Positions 9,901 through 17,127 of a DNA stretch of 64,000 nt are shown here, piece after piece; positions within the stretch are counted from its first letter, which is position 1, and each line of letters opens with the position of its first letter. The position numbers were made by a program, and so were the translations under genes. Source of the stretch: a virus; the IMG/VR virus record IMGVR_UViG_3300035527_000189, positions 2,889-66,888 of that record; one strand, written 5' to 3'. The notes beneath the pieces are model-generated. The model did no database searches. It worked only from the letters and a program-made list of their open reading frames with translations, and had not been told where the DNA came from.

Positions 9901-11406
9901 CCCTACAGCTCAGGGTGCAGGTTATCTGTCAAAAGAGCTAATTAATAAGATGATTGTTGGATTTAAGAGAATCGGTAGAACACTTACAGATCTCTATGTA
10001 TCACCAGAAGATGCGGCTGATATTCGTGAATGGACCAATTAAACGATCCCGCTGCTCGGTAACGAGTAGATGAAAAACTAGTGAATTCGGAAGAACTCTC
10101 AAATAATTGAGACAATCCCGAGCCAAGTACTGAAAAGTAAAGGTGTAACGACTAAATGGAGGCAACAAATGGCTTATAATGATATAAAAGGTTTAAGAAT
10201 TACAAAAAATAACGAGTTAATAGTACAATCTAAACATCAAGCTAATGGAGTAATAATTGGTATGATGTTAGGAGACTCTTCAATGAATAGATATTTAGTA
10301 ACCAGTAAAAAATTTGAAGGTATGTGTGCTCGTAGAAGAAGCAGGATACAAATGAGCACTTCACATTGCCCTAAGCAATTAGATTACTTGCTGTGGAAAG
10401 AGTCTATTATTAAATCTTATATTAAATTTGGGAAGTTAATTACTGATAGAAGTAAACAAGATGATGGATTTATTTATTATAAAAAAACATCATTAGTAGA
10501 AAGTTCTAAAAACTTAGTTTATCTTTTTGAAAATTTCTATGCGTTAGGCAAAAAAAGAGTGACATCTAAAATTTTAAATAGATTAACGGATTTAGGTTTG
10601 AGTATTTTGTTTATGGATGATGGAAGTTTGATTCCTCATTCTTATAGAAAAGATGGTTCTATAAGGGCTTTGAAATTAAGACTACACACCTCAAATTTTA
10701 CATATAATGAGCATTTAATAATGAAAGAGTATTTTGAAAAAAAATCTATTTATTTTAATATTACTAGAGATAAAAAGTACTATTGTCTGTCAACAGGAAA
10801 AAAAGACAGTATAAGTAATTTCGTTAATATAGTTAGTCCTTTTGTAAATTTAGTTGATTGTATGAAATATAAAATTAAGCCGTTTGATGCTTTTGTAAGC
10901 GCTAGTTATCCTTATGATGTGTAGGGATAAAGATATAGTCTGATCTGCATGGCGACATGCAGTTAACATTATGCGACACGGATATTGACCCAGTAACTCG
11001 TAGAGAAATTTTCCAGGCTTCCGGTATGGGAAGTATTTGGAATGTAACTCTTCACGAACTTCAGCATTTAGGTGCTACCGGTCTTTATAATATTAATGGT
11101 AACACTGCAGCTTATGGTAAGTTTATTGCAGATGGCTCCAATGATTATAATGGTTATAGCCTTGATAATCCAAATATTACTAATGCTGATGGTACTGTAG
11201 GTACTCTTGGTGAAACCCAGATTCTTGGTTTTGATCACAGTGTTAATGATTCTCTTGTTATGCCTATTCGTAAAGAATATGAAGCTCATGATGATCCAAC
11301 ACTTTTACGTATGCAGAAACAGGGATTTTTTGGATGGGCTGAAATCGGTTTTGCATGCCTTGACAGTAGAATGCTTGGTATGGGTGTTATCGACAGATCA
11401 CTATAA
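6927..11406 (+). CDS. Major capsid protein, spliced: join(6927..7124,7405..7473,8615..8759,9810..10035,10974..11406), 356 aa
   Basis: Exons sum to 1071 nt and join in frame: YPVA|EDFEIPVW..FIEG|IGEEVYVPTF..YEEE C|GWRVIMP..EWT|DTDIDPVTRRE; RBS aggagg; position after scaffold and decoration genes. Last junction ambiguous (alternative 10039/10981, 355 aa). Confidence 0.85.
7125..7404 (+). ncRNA. Group I intron MCP-1, ORF-less (280 nt)
   Basis: P1 gtggcT/Ggccac with U.G pair, P4 tgctgg/tcagca, P7 gacta/tagtc, terminal G, P10 gaag/cttt; in-frame TGA at 7128. Confidence 0.92.
7474..8614 (+). mobile_element. Group I intron MCP-2 (1141 nt) with endonuclease ORF in L6
   Basis: P1 gagggT/Gctctc, P10 attggt/accaat, P3 tttcac/gtgaaa, P7 gacta/tagtc, ends aacagaatatttG. 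Confidence 0.92.
7574..8485 (+). CDS. Intron-encoded two-motif LAGLIDADG homing endonuclease
   Basis: WIAGFYDAEG and WLAGYTDGDG; GGAG at 7564 favours ATG 7574 (ORF track start 7562). Confidence 0.9.
   Translation: MQETITEKNIIEWIAGFYDAEGCFRISKQNRKKYISYSPRAIINNTDLDTMEYIISTLVNKYGINGHVRNSNPTTNRNAVKYLEIGRITKVIDLCELLLPYSIVKYDEVKLLQEFCISRRDRFIRYNIKNFKLPYSNYEISLYESMAEFKAHKKGRKCLSYIPIYPEIRNEITWPWLAGYTDGDGSFSINKRGTASYCLATSNPTASDMLKAFFIDKNISFYFDSQLPSKNHLSTCKRRIFRFFINNVEDILYIIKNTGKYLVSKYDTAQLMQEYCELRKDRKGKWRTEYENLFVGRMAKLTQ
8760..9809 (+). mobile_element. Group I intron MCP-3 (1050 nt) with endonuclease ORF in L6
   Basis: P1 gagT/Gctc, P4 tgctgg/tcagca, covaried P7 gaaca/tgttc, P3 ccac/gtgg, ends aagtaacagatttG; phase-1 junction t|gt restores Cys. 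Confidence 0.9.
8898..9713 (+). CDS. Intron-encoded LAGLIDADG endonuclease with N-terminal HTH-like segment
   Basis: GLLIGSILGDG and ALATLIGDDG motifs, F.EEHS.DQ.EWL.WK segment; RBS ggag. Confidence 0.88.
   Translation: MIIEREIIENTYKGNIFETASELRVSVQTIMASLKKYNIKFEKPKHIYGDLKRTSFSNFQKGLLIGSILGDGHLEKRSHLKNASFREEHSMDQVEWLKWKYYNLKPFTTSNMWNRDRGKKFLMPDGKGGKKYYNIQKVCAMSTNTHPYLTELHNEFYVDRIKTVPFDFIDKNFDIIALATLIGDDGNLCENSVRFCTDSFTKKEVYFLADIFSKFYKSRITVREEKKDKFRIIFTEARKDINFFNTIRDILPKCMHHKITPVLNEHQVATQ
10036..10973 (+). mobile_element. Group I intron MCP-4 (~938 nt) with endonuclease ORF between P7 and P3
   Basis: P2 ctgctcg-gtaa-cgagtag, core gaattcgg..aatcccgagc, P7 gacta/tagtc, P3 aactag/ctagtt, P9 ctgcat/atgcag; exact ends uncertain by a few nt. 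Confidence 0.85.
10169..10924 (+). CDS. Intron-encoded LAGLIDADG endonuclease
   Basis: GVIIGMMLGDS and GLSILFMDDG motifs; RBS ggagg. Confidence 0.88.
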   Translation: MAYNDIKGLRITKNNELIVQSKHQANGVIIGMMLGDSSMNRYLVTSKKFEGMCARRRSRIQMSTSHCPKQLDYLLWKESIIKSYIKFGKLITDRSKQDDGFIYYKKTSLVESSKNLVYLFENFYALGKKRVTSKILNRLTDLGLSILFMDDGSLIPHSYRKDGSIRALKLRLHTSNFTYNEHLIMKEYFEKKSIYFNITRDKKYYCLSTGKKDSISNFVNIVSPFVNLVDCMKYKIKPFDAFVSASYPYDV

Positions 11407-11446
11407 TTATTATGTATATTTTTTGATATAACATATATATAAATGT

Positions 11447-11495
11447 AACACTAAAAATCAGGGTTACTAAAAAATCCTGATTTTTAGTGTTTACT
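11447..11495 (+). terminator. 16-bp inverted repeat after the capsid gene (probable terminator)
   Basis: aacactaaaaatcagg (11447-11462) / cctgatttttagtgtt (11476-11491), followed by an A/T tract. Confidence 0.65.
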
Positions 11496-11560
11496 TATAT
11501 AAATTAGTGCTTATATTGTAAGTGTTAGTTTATTAATATGTTTATATGCGAGGTTGTAAT

Positions 11561-13057
11561 ATGGTGAGTTATAAAAGTAAGTTATGTGAACTTTGTGGTA
11601 AAGAATATAATCCTACAAGCCCAAAACAAAAATATTGTATTGATTGTAAAGATGAGGGTAGAAAGTTAGCAGATCGTAAACGTGATAGAAAACGAAGTAG
11701 AGTTAAAAATAATTATAAAAAGTATACAAGAGTATGTCCATCTTGTGGTATGGAATTTACTACATATTATTCTAAAAAGATCTATTGCGGCGATTATGGG
11801 TGCGATGTTGATAGAGTAAGTGTTAAAAATAAACGTGGGCATAAAAATAGAGATAAACAATATCTTATAGAAAAAGGCAAGTGCTATTATAATGAGAACC
11901 GCGATTCTTGTCTTTTGAATAAATCAAAAAAATATAGAGAATCACACCCAGATGCCCCGCCATATGTACCTGGTAAAGTACATAAACACCCTATAGATTA
12001 TATAAAAAGGTACATTAGTGATCGTGGTTATACTTTATTGTCTGATAAATATGTAAATTCTAAAGAAAAGATACTTTTGAGATGCCCTGAAGGCCATGAG
12101 TGGGAAACCACATTTCATAATTTTAGAGATTTAAGTGATAGTACTGGTAATAGGTGTATGGTTTGTTATAGCCAAAATAACTATATATCCAGATTAGAAC
12201 AAAAAATAAGAGATTTTTTTGAATGTAAACTTCCTGATGTAGAAGTTATATACAACGATAGAACTCAGATAGGCCCTAAAGAACTTGACTTGTATTTACC
12301 TAAATATAATTTAGCTATAGAAGTGTGCGGACTTTATTGGCATTCAGACACCGCAAATAATATACATCGTGGGTATCATTATGATAAAATGATCTCATGT
12401 AAGCAAAAAGGTATAAGATTAATTACATTGTTTGAGGATGAAATAAATAAAAAATTTGATCTTGTTGCATCTAGAATATTACAGGCTATAGGTAGGGTAT
12501 CTAATCGTATTTATGCCAGAAAATGTGTAGTACATGAAGTACCTAATAAAATAGCTTCTAAATTTTTTGATAAAAATCATCTACAAGGATTTTGTCCCGC
12601 CAGAAAGATTTTTGGTTTATACTATAATTGTGAATTAGTAGCTGCTATGTCTGTAGGTAATGTCACTAGAAATCATGCTAATTTAGGAAAAACTCTGGAA
12701 TTGAAAAGGTTTTGTTCTATTAGTGGTACTACTATTATAGGCGGGGCAAGTAAATTATTTAAATATGTAGTTTCTTATGCTATAAATAACTCATATGATA
12801 ACATTAAGTCTTATTGTGATATGAGGTACGCAAATATTTTTAATCCTGTTTATGAAATATTAGGGTTTAACTTATTATCAGAGACTAAATATACCCCACA
12901 TTACTTTAAATCTGGTGTGCGTTATAGAAATATGTCATTACGTAAAACATCTAAAGAACGTCTTACAGGTAAAACTGAATTAGAACTTCGTTTAGAACAA
13001 GGTTATAATAGAATATGGGATTGTGGTCATAGAACATACCTATATACATTTAACTAA
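11561..13057 (+). CDS. Free-standing Hef-like endonuclease (Zn fingers + Vsr/DUF559-type PD-(D/E)XK + C-terminal domain)
   Basis: CxxC fingers, CPEGH Zn-ribbon, ELDLYLPKYNLAIEVCGLYWH, ELKRFCS..GGASKL, RIWDCG; RBS gaggt favours ATG 11561. Confidence 0.7.
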   Translation: MVSYKSKLCELCGKEYNPTSPKQKYCIDCKDEGRKLADRKRDRKRSRVKNNYKKYTRVCPSCGMEFTTYYSKKIYCGDYGCDVDRVSVKNKRGHKNRDKQYLIEKGKCYYNENRDSCLLNKSKKYRESHPDAPPYVPGKVHKHPIDYIKRYISDRGYTLLSDKYVNSKEKILLRCPEGHEWETTFHNFRDLSDSTGNRCMVCYSQNNYISRLEQKIRDFFECKLPDVEVIYNDRTQIGPKELDLYLPKYNLAIEVCGLYWHSDTANNIHRGYHYDKMISCKQKGIRLITLFEDEINKKFDLVASRILQAIGRVSNRIYARKCVVHEVPNKIASKFFDKNHLQGFCPARKIFGLYYNCELVAAMSVGNVTRNHANLGKTLELKRFCSISGTTIIGGASKLFKYVVSYAINNSYDNIKSYCDMRYANIFNPVYEILGFNLLSETKYTPHYFKSGVRYRNMSLRKTSKERLTGKTELELRLEQGYNRIWDCGHRTYLYTFN

Positions 13058-13074
13058 CCATTCTTTATAATAGA
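13054..13074 (+). promoter_or_regulatory. Putative late-promoter element CTAAC-N11-ATAGA
   Basis: ctaac cattctttata ataga abutting RBS gaggag of TTG 13085. Confidence 0.45.
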
Positions 13075-13084
13075 GGAGTATAAA

Positions 13085-13381
13085 TTGATATTAGAGCTTA
13101 TTACTTTAGTAATATTTACAGAAGCTGTAACTGAAATAGTTACTAAATCTGAAATTTTTAGTCCAATAAAAGAGTGGTTTTTTAATAGGCGCAACAAAAA
13201 AGTATTTAATTTTATCCATAATCTACTTGATTGTGGTTATTGTTTTTCAGTATGGGCAAGTTTTTTTGGTTTAATTTTATTAATTACTGAAAATAATTTT
13301 GCCTATTTTTTTATAACAGGAGTCGTTGTACATCGTTTGTCCAATTTTTTTCACTTTGTATTAGATAGAGTTCGTGGATGA
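13085..13381 (+). CDS. Small membrane protein (DUF1360-like, possible holin)
   Basis: TTG start with RBS; hydrophobic helices; LLDCGYCFSVW motif. Confidence 0.55.
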   Translation: MILELITLVIFTEAVTEIVTKSEIFSPIKEWFFNRRNKKVFNFIHNLLDCGYCFSVWASFFGLILLITENNFAYFFITGVVVHRLSNFFHFVLDRVRG

Positions 13382-13430
13382 AAGAATAATTTATAGGAAA
13401 AGGGAAATATAATTAGAAAAGGAGAGTAAA

Positions 13431-13898
13431 ATGAATGGATATGTAAAAAATATATCACCAGAATGGATCTATGCTATGAAAAGAGCTATTAGACCTGGTG
13501 GTGAAGTTCCGCTCGATGAATTATATGAGCAGTATGGTAAGAAGTATAATATGGAGCCAGACGATGAGTTTATTAATTGGCTTACAAATGTAAAACTGAA
13601 GAATGTTAATAAATGGAAGATAGTCTTTGATACTAATGCTAAATCCGAAGCTGTTGAAAAAGAAAAAGAAGGTAATAAGAAAACAAGTAATTCTAGTGTT
13701 ACACCTATGGTTTCTAAAGGTATGCAGGTGGAGGATATTGTTAATTTGACAGTTCGGAAAGCTCGTGAAGAATTACCAAAGATTACTGATTTAAATTTAC
13801 TTAAATATTCTTTACAAGAGGCTAACCAGTTGTCTAATAAAGATAGTTTATGTAGAATTATTCGAAAAAGAATAAAGGAATTACAGATTTCAAGGTAA
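13431..13898 (+). CDS. Hypothetical protein
   Basis: RBS aaggag; 155 aa. Confidence 0.65.
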   Translation: MNGYVKNISPEWIYAMKRAIRPGGEVPLDELYEQYGKKYNMEPDDEFINWLTNVKLKNVNKWKIVFDTNAKSEAVEKEKEGNKKTSNSSVTPMVSKGMQVEDIVNLTVRKAREELPKITDLNLLKYSLQEANQLSNKDSLCRIIRKRIKELQISR

Positions 13899-13957
13899 TT
13901 TGATTCTCACTCTAGTGAGATTTAATTGCACCGATATGTAATTTGGGTGGTTAAAAC

Positions 13958-14284
13958 ATGATTATATTAAGAAAAAAGAGTACTAACCATGTTGAAAAAA
14001 TCATACAGCCCGGGCAAACGGAGCAATTCTTTGATTTAGATTTAAGTGGGAATGAAGCTTATGACTGGAATATTAAAATACGGTGTATGGGGAAATCTAG
14101 TATAACTAAAATTACCAGTCTGTATAACGACGACTTTATAGAATCTACTAAGTATGCTTTTTTGGGTGTAAGATTTAATGCTGATACTAATATTTTAGTA
14201 TCAGGGGGCTCATCTTGTAGTCTTTCGGTTACAAACAATGAGTCTGAATTAATGACGTGTAGTGTTAAAGTAAAAACATTTTAA
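13958..14284 (+). CDS. Hypothetical virion protein
   Basis: 108 aa, beta-rich, in operon. Confidence 0.55.
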   Translation: MIILRKKSTNHVEKIIQPGQTEQFFDLDLSGNEAYDWNIKIRCMGKSSITKITSLYNDDFIESTKYAFLGVRFNADTNILVSGGSSCSLSVTNNESELMTCSVKVKTF

Positions 14285-14299
14285 GGAGGAATTTAAATT

Positions 14300-16477
14300 A
14301 TGGCACTTTTTGCTATTAAAAACGGTCTTAAGTTATTTAATTCCGATCAGGTAGAGTCTGATGTTCTTAATGGTACAGTAGATCCATCACAAGGTGCTGG
14401 TATCTCTGCCCCGCAAGGCTCACTCTACTTAAAGCAAGATGGTATTTCGTACAAGAAAACCGGTGCTGGTGATACTGATTGGCAGCCTTACAGTGAGATT
14501 GAAGGTGGAGGACTTCTTTGGTCCACTATTAGTGGTGCTACTACAGCAGTGTCTAGTAAGGGTTATATTCTAGACTCTAGTTCTGCTGGATTTACAGTTA
14601 CTATGCCCGCCTCTCCTGAAGAAGGCGATTCAGTAGGTTTTGCTGGTCTTGGTGATATTGAAACTAATAATATAACTGTTAGTCTTAATGGGAACAACCT
14701 AAATGGTTCTAGTGATGATTTAGTTATTGATCTTAATTATTGTTACTTCGAGATGTTGTACACAGGTGATGCAACAACTGGTTGGGTTTTATCTAACACA
14801 GATGAGTCTGGAAATGTAGATAATATCCAAAACTTTATTGGTAACAATGATAATGTTGATGCAGGTACTACAGAATTTACCGAAGAAAATTATATTGTAG
14901 GTGGGGACTCTCTTGAAGATGCTATTGATAAATTAGATATAGCTCTTGCTGATGCAGAGGCCACCACTTCTGGTGTTGATGCAGATCTTTCTGCTCTAGA
15001 TGCAAGGGTAACTACTAATGAAGGAGATATTTCAACTAATATCTCTAATATTGCCACAAACTCTGGTAATATTGCGACAAACGCTTCTGATATCGATACT
15101 CTTGAAAGTGATATGTCCACTGCTCAATCTGATATTATTACTAATACTAATAATATTGCTACAAACTCTGGTAATATCGCATCTAATGATACTGATATTA
15201 GTAATTTGGAAACTTTTGTTGGTTCTGCTGGAAGTTCTTCTCCAGATTATACTACAGAGTATTATATCACTGATGGCGACGATCTTGAAGCAGCTATTAG
15301 CAAACTTGATGCGGCACTTAATACTGTTGACAATATAGCTCAAACTGGTGTTAATTGGCAACAGACAGCTAAAGCTATTACGGCTGATGTAGTTAATACT
15401 ACAGTTGGTGCTTACTCTGGAACTGATCACTTTTCTGATGACGATGTCCCTTTCTGGACCCATGATGACTGGTCAGATGGTGATAGGGTTGTATCAATGA
15501 ACGCAGCTACTTCAGGTGTTATTTATACCTGGGATGATGGTGCTGATCAATGGAATCAATCAGGCTCTCTTGGGGCTAATGATGCTATTGCGGTCCAGTA
15601 TGATTTCCCAGATGCTCCTGGTAGTCAAGAAGACGGCGCAGCTTATATGATGAAATCAGATCTATCAGGTCTTATCAAGATTGCTGATTTTGACCTTGAA
15701 ACAGCAGCTTCTATTGCTATTTCTTCTGGTTATACTGCTACTTCTGGTACTATTTCAGCTTCTGATTCAGTTGAATCTGCAATTGAGAAACTTGATTGGG
15801 AAATTCAGAATGCAGTTGCTGGTGATATTTCAGCTCTAGAATCTAGAGTAACAACTAATGAAGGTGATATTGATACTCTTGAAAGTGATATGAGTACTGC
15901 TCAAGCAGATATTATCACTAATACTAATAATATTACCACTAATTCTGGAAATATTGCAACAAACGCATCTGATATTGATTCTCTTGAAGGTAGAATGGAT
16001 ACAGCTGAAACTGATATTCTAACTAATGCTGGCGATATTACTACTAATTCTGGTAATATTGCTGACAATTATACCTATATTACAAACGTAGATACTGCAC
16101 ATGATAATCTTGCTGCGGCTGTTCTAACTGAAACCTCTACTGTGGTAGCGGATTCAGCTACAGATACAGTACTTGATACTGTGACCCAGGCAGGAAATTT
16201 AGGTGCTAAATGGTTTGTAATTGCATATGATGGTGCGGGCAAGAGATATGCTTGTGAAATCTATGCTATGCATAATGGGGCAACTTCTGCTGACCTTACA
16301 GAGTATGCTATTTTAAGTATTGGTACCCCAATACTTGATGTAGATTTTGATATTGCAGCGGATGGTACTAATATGAGTTTAACTGTAGATAATGCAAGTG
16401 GGGGATCTGTTACTGTTAAGACACAGAGAGTTACAGTTCAAACTACTGAAGTTGATACTACTGCAGTACTTTCCTAA
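14300..16477 (+). CDS. Fibre/whisker-like virion protein with coiled-coil repeats
   Basis: RBS aaggagg; repeated TTNEGDI / IATNSGNIATNASDIDTLE heptads and three D(S/D)(L/V)E.AI.KLD knots; fibre-type TVTMPASP domain. Confidence 0.7.
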   Translation: MALFAIKNGLKLFNSDQVESDVLNGTVDPSQGAGISAPQGSLYLKQDGISYKKTGAGDTDWQPYSEIEGGGLLWSTISGATTAVSSKGYILDSSSAGFTVTMPASPEEGDSVGFAGLGDIETNNITVSLNGNNLNGSSDDLVIDLNYCYFEMLYTGDATTGWVLSNTDESGNVDNIQNFIGNNDNVDAGTTEFTEENYIVGGDSLEDAIDKLDIALADAEATTSGVDADLSALDARVTTNEGDISTNISNIATNSGNIATNASDIDTLESDMSTAQSDIITNTNNIATNSGNIASNDTDISNLETFVGSAGSSSPDYTTEYYITDGDDLEAAISKLDAALNTVDNIAQTGVNWQQTAKAITADVVNTTVGAYSGTDHFSDDDVPFWTHDDWSDGDRVVSMNAATSGVIYTWDDGADQWNQSGSLGANDAIAVQYDFPDAPGSQEDGAAYMMKSDLSGLIKIADFDLETAASIAISSGYTATSGTISASDSVESAIEKLDWEIQNAVAGDISALESRVTTNEGDIDTLESDMSTAQADIITNTNNITTNSGNIATNASDIDSLEGRMDTAETDILTNAGDITTNSGNIADNYTYITNVDTAHDNLAAAVLTETSTVVADSATDTVLDTVTQAGNLGAKWFVIAYDGAGKRYACEIYAMHNGATSADLTEYAILSIGTPILDVDFDIAADGTNMSLTVDNASGGSVTVKTQRVTVQTTEVDTTAVLS

Positions 16478-16516
16478 TTTTGGATAAAAATAGTTTTAAT
16501 TAATTAATTAATCAGA

Positions 16517-16544
16517 AGGGGTGTGAGTAATCATACCCCTTTTT
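16517..16544 (+). terminator. Intrinsic terminator
   Basis: aggggtgtg-agtaat-catacccct followed by tttt. Confidence 0.75.
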
Positions 16545-16549
16545 ATTTA

Positions 16550-16603
16550 TGTAACTTCATAGTTTATAGAGTTATATAATTATGTAACTTCTATAGATAT
16601 AGA
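16550..16603 (+). promoter_or_regulatory. Two tandem TGTAAC-N10-ATAGA elements
   Basis: tgtaac ttcatagttt ataga (16550-16570) and tgtaac ttctatagat ataga (16583-16603), directly after the terminator and before RBS aaggag. Confidence 0.55.
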
Positions 16604-16617
16604 AAAGGAGAAACAAT

Positions 16618-16791
16618 ATGTTTAGAAATATTTTAAAATTTTTACTTCGTATTTCCTGTTGTACTTTTACTTTTCATGTTAAGGGTGATAAAATACAATC
16701 TAATAAAGCTTATTATGTTTATTCATGTAGCAGATGTGGGACTATGTTTGCGGTAAAAAAAGATAAATACAAAGGTGATACTTTAAAATAA
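16618..16791 (+). CDS. 57-aa Cys/His small protein (below ORF-track cutoff)
   Basis: RBS aaggag, MFRNILKFLLRISCCTFTFHVKG..YSCSRCGTMF..TLK*. Confidence 0.55.
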   Translation: MFRNILKFLLRISCCTFTFHVKGDKIQSNKAYYVYSCSRCGTMFAVKKDKYKGDTLK

Positions 16792-16804
16792 GGATATTAA
16801 TTAT

Positions 16805-17107
16805 ATGTCATCTACAAGATATTTAAATGCAAAAAATGGTATAGAGATTCTACATTCTGAAGGAACTACTCAAATTTTGGCTGGGAATATAAATCCTACT
16901 ACTTCAGGTGTTGATGCTAATGTGGGATCTATTTATCTTAATACTACTGGTTTAAGTTTTATAAAAGTGGGTGAGTTAGATACTGATTGGGAGATTACTT
17001 CTCAAAGCATAACAGAGGTTAATACTAATTTAGATGGTGGATCTGCAGCAAGTGTTTATGGAGGTACTGAATCTATTGATGGTGGTAATGCATCAACAAC
17101 TTATTAG
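16805..17107 (+). CDS. Small virion protein sharing the N-terminal motif of 14300
   Basis: G.I(N/D)P...G..A..GS.YL...G....K.G..DTDW is shared with ORF 14300; C-terminal LDGG/IDGG repeats. Confidence 0.6.
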   Translation: MSSTRYLNAKNGIEILHSEGTTQILAGNINPTTSGVDANVGSIYLNTTGLSFIKVGELDTDWEITSQSITEVNTNLDGGSAASVYGGTESIDGGNASTTY

Positions 17108-17127
17108 GGGGTTTGTTTAAAAATATT

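Noticed and set aside
9785-10042. Track ORFs starting at 9785, 10957 and 32069 treated as independent genes
   Set aside because: Their starts lie inside introns or mid-exon; they are exons of the spliced capsid and tail genes
11489-11520. Sigma70-like promoter (tttact-N16-tatatt) before the Hef-like gene
   Set aside because: Weak match within a very AT-rich stretch; cannot be told from background
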